Shown here one piece after another: positions 57,706-64,000 of a stretch of DNA of 64,000 nucleotides (the stretch's first letter is position 1; every line of letters begins with the position of its first letter). The notes beneath the pieces were generated by a model. That model ran no database searches and was not told the DNA's origin. It saw only the letters and a program-made list of their open reading frames with translations. A program made the translations under genes and the position numbers. The stretch comes from Candidatus Latescibacterota bacterium (GTDB taxonomy: Bacteria > Latescibacterota > UBA2968 > GCA-2709665): positions 5,024,001-5,088,000 of the forward strand of contig OZ244937.1 in assembly GCA_965222075.1 (NCBI GenBank), given 5' to 3'.

Positions 57706-60153
57706 ATGGTGCTGAAACTGAAGGTAAAAGATGCGGCGGTCAACTGCGTTACGCTGGATGTCGATCTGGAGGGCAACCCGGGGGCGCGGATTTACCGGTC
57801 TCGCCGGGCATCCGGGCCATACGAGGAGGTAGGTCTGGCCCGCGAACGAACCTATGTTGACTCGGCGGATCTTGAGCCAGGGAGGACCTATTTTTACCAC
57901 GCGGTGGCCTGGTCCAGCCAATGGGTCCATCCCGATTCGGAAGACCTGATGGGAGGCAGACCGGCCGAAGTGAAAGTCCCACGCGCACCGAAAGAGAGGT
58001 GGGTGACGCTGACCCGCAGGCGGCAGGAGTTCACGGTAAACATGGGCGGCTATCTGGACGAGTCTAATACGGTCACCAGGGGGCCGGAGGAATACTGCCC
58101 CGGATCGGGCCATATGAATCCGCCGTACGATCAGGCCTTTGAGCCGAACATGTATGTGGCGATTGAAAACGAGGGCGAGACGGATGTGGTGAACCCCTGG
58201 CTGGTGGCCAACGGTCAGCGGGACTGGTGGTCTGTAGAGACGACGGCAAGAGAGATTCTCAGATTTGCCGGAGAAAGGCGGGCGACGGCGACGGAGAAGG
58301 CGATGGCCATCTGGCAGTTTGTGGTGGATGAAGTCTACGACAGTAGAGCAGGTATGTCCTGGCTGGACAGTGTCGGCGATCCGGTGAAACTGGTCAACAG
58401 CTACGGGTTCGAAGGCTGCGTCGCGAATGCGATTGGGAGCCGCCGCCTGGCCGAAGCAATGGGGGTTGAGGCCCGGGAGGTCTGGTTGGGGGATCTGGCC
58501 TTTGTGGACGGCCACGGACGGGGCAGGTGCTGCGACCACGACATTTTTGAGGCTTTCACGGACGGGGCATGGCATTTTCTGGATACGGACCTGATGGTGT
58601 TTTTTCTCAACCGGGACAACAAGACGGTTGCGGGATCGGAGGATCTTTCCCGGGATATCGATCTGCTCCGCCGTTCGCACCGCAACCTGGGGCTGTGCGG
58701 CCGGGATATGCCGGAGAAGGTGTTCTACTACACCCATTTCCAGGAGCGGATGATCGTGTATCCGCCGAATAAGGGCAATTCCCTGTCAGGGCCGATCACG
58801 TACTCCGGGAAGCGGTTTCCCGTGCCCCATACGATGGCCGTTCGCCTGCGCCCGGGGGAGAAGCTGGTGCGGTACTGGGGCAATATTGGAAAGAACGTGG
58901 TGAGCGGGCCCAACCTGCATCCGGATGTCCGATTCTCGAACGGAAAGCTCGTCTACCGTCCGAAGCTGCGCGATCCCCTGGCCCTGAAGGGTATGGAAGG
59001 GACGAGAAATGTGAAGCAGGGGGCATCGCGGAGGTATCCCGCCCTGCATCCGGAGCGGACCGGAGAGGTTTCGGAGGTTGTCTGGAAGATTGCGTCGCCC
59101 TATCCGATACCCGGAGCACGGTTGGGCATCTCGTGTCGCCGTGAGACCCGCGAGGACGGTCTGGAGTTGCTGATTTCAAAGGATGGTCGAAGCTGGCGAT
59201 CCTTCTGGATACCCGGCGCAATCAGGAGCGGTGAGAAGACACGTATGGGGAGCCGGGTGGACGATTGCGTGGAGCTGGACTCGTATTTCAGAACCGGGGA
59301 AAGGGTGAATCAGGACTGGGGGGATGGGCCATGCTATACGTACTATATCAAGGTGGCGATGTGGGCCACGTCACGTCCCGAGGCCGTTGGGCTGGACGCG
59401 ATCCGGTTCGATACGGATATCCAGTGTTCCACACGGTCGCTTCCGTCGCTGTTCTGCGGGAAGAACAAGATCGCATACCGGGACGACAATCGCGGAGGCC
59501 GGAAGGTGCGGGTGACGTACGGCTGGCAGGAGGAACGTTCGATCAGGCCTCCCGGGGCGCCGGAGCCGGTGTATCCCGGGGATGGGGCGGACGTGAACCG
59601 GCTGGATTTCGAGTTCAGGTGGAAACGTTCGAATGGGGGCAGTGCGCGGGTGGACGATTACCATGTGCAGGTGAGCCGGTACGCGGATTTCCGGTGGTGC
59701 GTCTGCCCGACGTTCGACCGGTATGTGGGGAGGACGAAGTATGCTGGAAAGACGCGGTGGCAACCGGAGTTTCCGAATCTGTTGAATCCGGATGAGCGGT
59801 ATTACTGGCGCGTGCGGGCGCGGAATGCGAAGGGGGTATGGGGGAAGTGGAGCGAGGGGCGGTCGTTCGTTCCGCACGGTCCGAGGCTGCCTCTGGAACT
59901 TGAGGTGAGGCGCACGGGCAGAGGTAGCGTATTGGCCTGGAAAGCGAATCCGGAGGGAAACCGTGCGGTGAAATACCGGGTATACGGTTCGATGGAGACC
60001 GGAGGGTTCCCTGCTGGCCGGGAGAATTTTCTGGGAGAGGTTGAGGAGCCGGTCTGGCCGCTGAATGGAGGCAAGAAGGGGATGTCGTATCGTGTGGTGA
60101 CCGTGGACGCCAGAGGTGTGCCGAGCACGCCGTCGGAGCACGTGGAATTCTGA
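57706..60153 (+). CDS. Large transglutaminase-like/FN3 protein (paralog 2)
   Basis: Colinear with 23018-25456; YGFEGCVANA, DHDIFE, WHFLDTD. Confidence 0.75.
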   Translation: MVLKLKVKDAAVNCVTLDVDLEGNPGARIYRSRRASGPYEEVGLARERTYVDSADLEPGRTYFYHAVAWSSQWVHPDSEDLMGGRPAEVKVPRAPKERWVTLTRRRQEFTVNMGGYLDESNTVTRGPEEYCPGSGHMNPPYDQAFEPNMYVAIENEGETDVVNPWLVANGQRDWWSVETTAREILRFAGERRATATEKAMAIWQFVVDEVYDSRAGMSWLDSVGDPVKLVNSYGFEGCVANAIGSRRLAEAMGVEAREVWLGDLAFVDGHGRGRCCDHDIFEAFTDGAWHFLDTDLMVFFLNRDNKTVAGSEDLSRDIDLLRRSHRNLGLCGRDMPEKVFYYTHFQERMIVYPPNKGNSLSGPITYSGKRFPVPHTMAVRLRPGEKLVRYWGNIGKNVVSGPNLHPDVRFSNGKLVYRPKLRDPLALKGMEGTRNVKQGASRRYPALHPERTGEVSEVVWKIASPYPIPGARLGISCRRETREDGLELLISKDGRSWRSFWIPGAIRSGEKTRMGSRVDDCVELDSYFRTGERVNQDWGDGPCYTYYIKVAMWATSRPEAVGLDAIRFDTDIQCSTRSLPSLFCGKNKIAYRDDNRGGRKVRVTYGWQEERSIRPPGAPEPVYPGDGADVNRLDFEFRWKRSNGGSARVDDYHVQVSRYADFRWCVCPTFDRYVGRTKYAGKTRWQPEFPNLLNPDERYYWRVRARNAKGVWGKWSEGRSFVPHGPRLPLELEVRRTGRGSVLAWKANPEGNRAVKYRVYGSMETGGFPAGRENFLGEVEEPVWPLNGGKKGMSYRVVTVDARGVPSTPSEHVEF

Positions 60154-60184
60154 AGGTCAAGGACGATAAACCGGAGCAGTCTCC

Positions 60185-61276
60185 ATGAGCATCTGGCGCT
60201 GGGCAGGCTGGATCGAGCACGTGCCGGAAGAGGCCCGCATCACGCTGGGAGAGGGCGATACGCCGTTGGTACGCTCGAAGAAGATCGGCCCTGAGGCCGG
60301 GTTGCGGAATCTCTTTCTCAAGCTGGAGGCCGCCAACCCGACGGGATCATTCAAGGACCGGTTCGGTGCCGCCGCCGTTTCCCATATGGTTGCCCGGAGT
60401 CAACATACCTGTGTGGCGACATCGAGTGGGAATGCAGGGTCCTCTCTGGCGGCGTATTGTGCAGCATCGGGTGTGCCGTGCCGGATCGCCATTGTGGAGA
60501 CTGCCCCAGATCAAAAACTCCGGCAGATGATGGCCTATGGCGCCGACATTTTTCGGGTGCGGGATTTTGGATTGGATCCCGAGGTTACGCTCCGGACGTT
60601 TCAGGCTCTGGAGCGGATCGGCAGCCGGCCCGACGCAGCGCTGCAGGTGAGCGCCTATGTGTACAGTCCCCTGGGGATGAGCGGCGTGGAGACGCTGGGG
60701 CTGGAGCTGGCCGAGCAGTCGGAGGAGGCCATCGATCACGTATTCTGCCCGGCGGGGGGCTGCGGTTTGGCCGTTGCTGTGGCGCGCGGGTTCGCCCTTA
60801 TGGTTGAGCGGGGGAGGCTTGCGTATGGTCCGGCGATCGAGTGCGTGCAGCCGGAGGGGAACAACACGGCCGCAGGGCCGCTGCGCGAGGGGGCCGAACG
60901 CGCCCGTTCGGTGGAATCCACGACCCGTATCAGCGGACTTCAGGTGCCCACGGTGAACGACGGGGACCTGCTGATCCAGGCCTGTCGTCCGACCGGGGGG
61001 ACAGGGCACCTGGTGACGGATGAGGAGGTGTGGGAACTGCAAGGACGCCTGGCGCGGGAGGAGGGAATCTTTTGCGAACCGGCAGCAGCCGTGGCGGTGG
61101 CCGGTGCGCTCAATGCGGTGAGGGAAGGGATCGTGAGTCCGGACGCGAGGGTCGTCTGTCTGGTGACAGGTACCGGATTTAAAGATGCGTCATCGATTGA
61201 TCGGATGCTGAGTGATTTTTCCTGTGAGACCGTGGATTTATCGGCGCTGGAGCAGGAGGTTGCGGATTCGGACTGA
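60185..61276 (+). CDS. Threonine synthase-like PLP enzyme (fold type II)
   Basis: TLGEGDTPL, KLEAANPTGSFKDR, SSGNAG, EGIFCEPA, VTGTGFKD. Confidence 0.9.
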   Translation: MSIWRWAGWIEHVPEEARITLGEGDTPLVRSKKIGPEAGLRNLFLKLEAANPTGSFKDRFGAAAVSHMVARSQHTCVATSSGNAGSSLAAYCAASGVPCRIAIVETAPDQKLRQMMAYGADIFRVRDFGLDPEVTLRTFQALERIGSRPDAALQVSAYVYSPLGMSGVETLGLELAEQSEEAIDHVFCPAGGCGLAVAVARGFALMVERGRLAYGPAIECVQPEGNNTAAGPLREGAERARSVESTTRISGLQVPTVNDGDLLIQACRPTGGTGHLVTDEEVWELQGRLAREEGIFCEPAAAVAVAGALNAVREGIVSPDARVVCLVTGTGFKDASSIDRMLSDFSCETVDLSALEQEVADSD

Positions 61277-61316
61277 ATTTCCGGCGTTCCGGGTTCCAAC
61301 ACGAAAGGAGATTCTT

Positions 61317-63212
61317 ATGGCCGAGCTTGTGGTTCTATCAGCGGATGGTCGGGCGCGGTGCGCGGTTGAGGTTGCGGCAGAGGCGTCGGCGACGGAATTG
61401 ACGGCAGGGAAAGAGCTGGTGCGGTATCTGGAGAGGCTGGGAGGCGCTTCTATTGGCCTGCACGCAGGGAGCGGGAGTGGAGCCCCGGTGAGGATTCTGG
61501 TCGGGCGGCCTGCGCGAGACGAGCTTCGGCATCTGCCGGTGGGCGATCTGCGGGATGATGGGTTCTTGCTGCATGTGTCTCAGGGGGAGATTGCGCTGGT
61601 GGGGGCGAACGATCGTGGGACGCTGTATGCGGCGTATGAGCTGATCGAACGGCTGGGGGTGCGGTGGTACTGGCCGGGTTCGGAGAACGAGTTCCTTCCC
61701 GAGGTCGGCGATTTGACCCTGCGGACCGGTACCGAGGTGATCAACCCGTCGTTCAAATTCCGGCTTGCCCGGGGGATGTTTGCGGCTATGATGGGCGTGG
61801 GTGGGTATCCGCGTACGCTCTGGCAGGCTTTACCATCGCCCAGGAAGGAGCAGCTGCTGGACTGGGGTGTGAAGAACCGGCTCAATACGATTATCGAATT
61901 TCCCGGTCTGACGCAGGATAGTCTGGAAGAGGGTGACCTGTCTGCTTTCTTTGCCTGCCGCGGGGGCGTGGCGGGGGTGGATTCCGTTCACGCGTCACTG
62001 CATATGGTGAATCCGGATGTTTACTTTGATTCGCATCCCGAATACTTTGCCATGAACGAGCAGGGCGAACGCGTTTTGAACAAACGCGTCCACCACTGCC
62101 ACCTCTGTCTGTCGAATCCCGATGTGATCAATCTGGTGGTCCAGGAGGCGTTGAAGTCGATGGAGCGAAACCCGGAAGCGGGGCTGGCGAGCATCACACA
62201 GGCGGACGGTATTGACTACTGCATGTGTCCGGAGTGTCTGGCGAATTGCGATCAGGGGAATATGAGGTTTATGGACGGGGAATACGTTATTCGGACCAAC
62301 GATGTGATCCGATATGCCAATCGCGTTGCGGAGGTTTTTTGTGAAACGTGGCCGGACCGGTACGTTTACGTACTGGCCTATTTTCTGACGATGCCGCCTC
62401 CCACGATCCCGGTGCATCCCAATGTGCTGGTTCAGGTGACACACTCCTTAGGCGACCACTGCGTATTCAACCGGCCGCTGTCCGATCCGGTGGGGAACCA
62501 CCGGTTGCTGCAGGAGGATCTCAAGGGGTGGGAGGATTCCGGTGCGAAGCTGTGGTTTTACGATTACAATCCCGTCAGTTCGATGGCCCAGGCCCCCTAT
62601 CCGGTGGGCCGAAAGTTCCACGAGGACGTGAAGTGGCTGCACGCGCACAACTTTATTGGATACCATTCGCAGAGCGAGGGGACGATGTGGGGGTTGTACG
62701 GGTTGAACCACGTGTCGCTGGCAAGGACATTGTGGGATGTGGGGGTTGATTTCGACGCCTTGCAGAGGGATTATTTTCGATGTCTGTACGGCAGCGCGGC
62801 AGCGCCGGTGCAGGCGCTGCACGAGATGCTGGAGCGGGCGCTTGTGGAGTACGAGCCGCTGACGGTGGGGCTGGGGGCCTATTTGTCGCCGGAGGTGGTG
62901 GAGCAGGCGAGAGATTTGCTGCGGGAGGCCCGGCAGGCGGAAGGGTCGGATGCGGTTGGGACGCGGCTGGGTATGCTTGAAGCACAGGTTGATTACGGCG
63001 CCAGGCTGGCGGCGGCAAGCCGGACGGCGGCGGCGTACAGGCGAACCCGAGACGCGGATATATTGAGGCAGCTGAAGGAGGAGCGAGACGCTATTCTACG
63101 CTATGTTGAAGCACATCCGGTGGATGGGGCCTACCGTCTGGCGGGAGTCGATTTGGGGATCGATATCACCCTGATGGAAGACCACCGGCTCCTGCCAGAT
63201 CTGGCGAGGTAG
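61317..63212 (+). CDS. DUF4838-like protein with GH20/GH67-type N-domain
   Basis: RGTLYAAYELIERLGVRWYWPG, HPEYFA, LCLSNPDV, CMCPEC, LAYF. Confidence 0.75.
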   Translation: MAELVVLSADGRARCAVEVAAEASATELTAGKELVRYLERLGGASIGLHAGSGSGAPVRILVGRPARDELRHLPVGDLRDDGFLLHVSQGEIALVGANDRGTLYAAYELIERLGVRWYWPGSENEFLPEVGDLTLRTGTEVINPSFKFRLARGMFAAMMGVGGYPRTLWQALPSPRKEQLLDWGVKNRLNTIIEFPGLTQDSLEEGDLSAFFACRGGVAGVDSVHASLHMVNPDVYFDSHPEYFAMNEQGERVLNKRVHHCHLCLSNPDVINLVVQEALKSMERNPEAGLASITQADGIDYCMCPECLANCDQGNMRFMDGEYVIRTNDVIRYANRVAEVFCETWPDRYVYVLAYFLTMPPPTIPVHPNVLVQVTHSLGDHCVFNRPLSDPVGNHRLLQEDLKGWEDSGAKLWFYDYNPVSSMAQAPYPVGRKFHEDVKWLHAHNFIGYHSQSEGTMWGLYGLNHVSLARTLWDVGVDFDALQRDYFRCLYGSAAAPVQALHEMLERALVEYEPLTVGLGAYLSPEVVEQARDLLREARQAEGSDAVGTRLGMLEAQVDYGARLAAASRTAAAYRRTRDADILRQLKEERDAILRYVEAHPVDGAYRLAGVDLGIDITLMEDHRLLPDLAR

Positions 63213-63315
63213 GGCGGGCGGGAAGCGCGTCTGAGGAGAGGGGGGATTGGGTGCAGGGGGGCGGGTTGTGCTTTTCTGAGAGCAAAGGCGGTTACGCTTA
63301 TCAAAGGAGCATGAG

Positions 63316-64000
63316 ATGGCTTACGACGTGGCAGATGCCGCAGCCCGGTTCCATGAAGACGGGTTCGTCCTGGTGGAGGGATTTTTGAGTCCGGACGAAG
63401 TCGATAGACTCGATCAGGAACTGGAGAGATATATGAAAGAGGTTCTTCCCGGGGTGGACAAGAGAGATGTGTTCTACGAGTCGGGTTCGAGTGGGGCCAT
63501 CACCCACACCGGCGGGCTGGACCAGTACGATGACTACTTCAGGAATTTTGTGAATCGGGCCGATGTGGTGGGGCTGATGGAGGCGTGTGTCGGATCTCAG
63601 GTGGAGTTGCTGGGAGCGGAGGTGTTCTTCAAGGCACCCTGGAAAGGAACGGCCACACCCTATCACCAGGACAACGCCTATATGCATTTCGACCCTGCCG
63701 AGGGGGCCGCATTCTGGCTTGCTCTGGACGATACCACGGTAGAAAATGGGGCGATGCATTATGCGCGGGGTGTGTTCAAACTGGGCGATCTGGACCACTT
63801 TGAGACCAATGAATTTCCTTTTAGCAAACAGCAGTCCGAGGCGCCCGATCCGGTCAAGTATCCGGAGGTACCTGCGGTCCTGGGGCGAGGGGGTGCGGCG
63901 ATTCACCATATTCAGACGCCTCACCGTACCGGTCCCAACAATACCGACCGGATGCGGCGCGGGCTGGTGTGCAGCTTCAAGGGGGTGAACGCGCAGGTGA
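63316..64000 (+). CDS. PhyH/EctD-family dioxygenase, running off the window end
   Basis: Not in ORF track; translated by hand: FHEDGFVLVEGFL, TPYHQDNAY, WLALDDTTVENG, HRTGPNNTDRMRR; AAGGAG RBS. Confidence 0.85.
   Translation, partial: MAYDVADAAARFHEDGFVLVEGFLSPDEVDRLDQELERYMKEVLPGVDKRDVFYESGSSGAITHTGGLDQYDDYFRNFVNRADVVGLMEACVGSQVELLGAEVFFKAPWKGTATPYHQDNAYMHFDPAEGAAFWLALDDTTVENGAMHYARGVFKLGDLDHFETNEFPFSKQQSEAPDPVKYPEVPAVLGRGGAAIHHIQTPHRTGPNNTDRMRRGLVCSFKGVNAQV

Noticed and set aside
60185-61276. Assigning the symbol thrC (likewise ilvE for 26578-27504)
   Set aside because: Catabolic context and divergent motifs support only family-level calls

Overview
GC-rich bacterial window. The gene repertoire (GWxTD-type protein, CarboxypepD-TonB receptors, PorV-like barrels, DUF6785-like and PhyH expansions) suggests an FCB-group lineage such as Ca. 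Latescibacterota; this is inference only. 1-7 kb is housekeeping-like: TPR protein, guaB with a structured, terminator-containing leader, class V aminotransferase, and a frameshifted histone H1-like gene. 7-64 kb is an almost entirely plus-strand catabolic island. Its most striking feature is a four-gene outer-membrane cassette present twice (15.6-22.9 kb and 30.0-37.4 kb): small beta-barrel, TonB-dependent receptor, non-lipoprotein secreted protein with a T9SS-like C-terminal domain, and a PorV-family barrel. It looks like a SusD-free analogue of SusCD uptake loci. Around it are glycosidase/lyase-like proteins, oxidoreductases, PLP enzymes, Fe/2OG dioxygenases, two DUF6785/6784-like membrane proteins, recent duplications and several truncated gene remnants. 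No CRISPR array, rRNA, tRNA or transposase was seen. All family assignments come from motif recognition by eye, not database searches.
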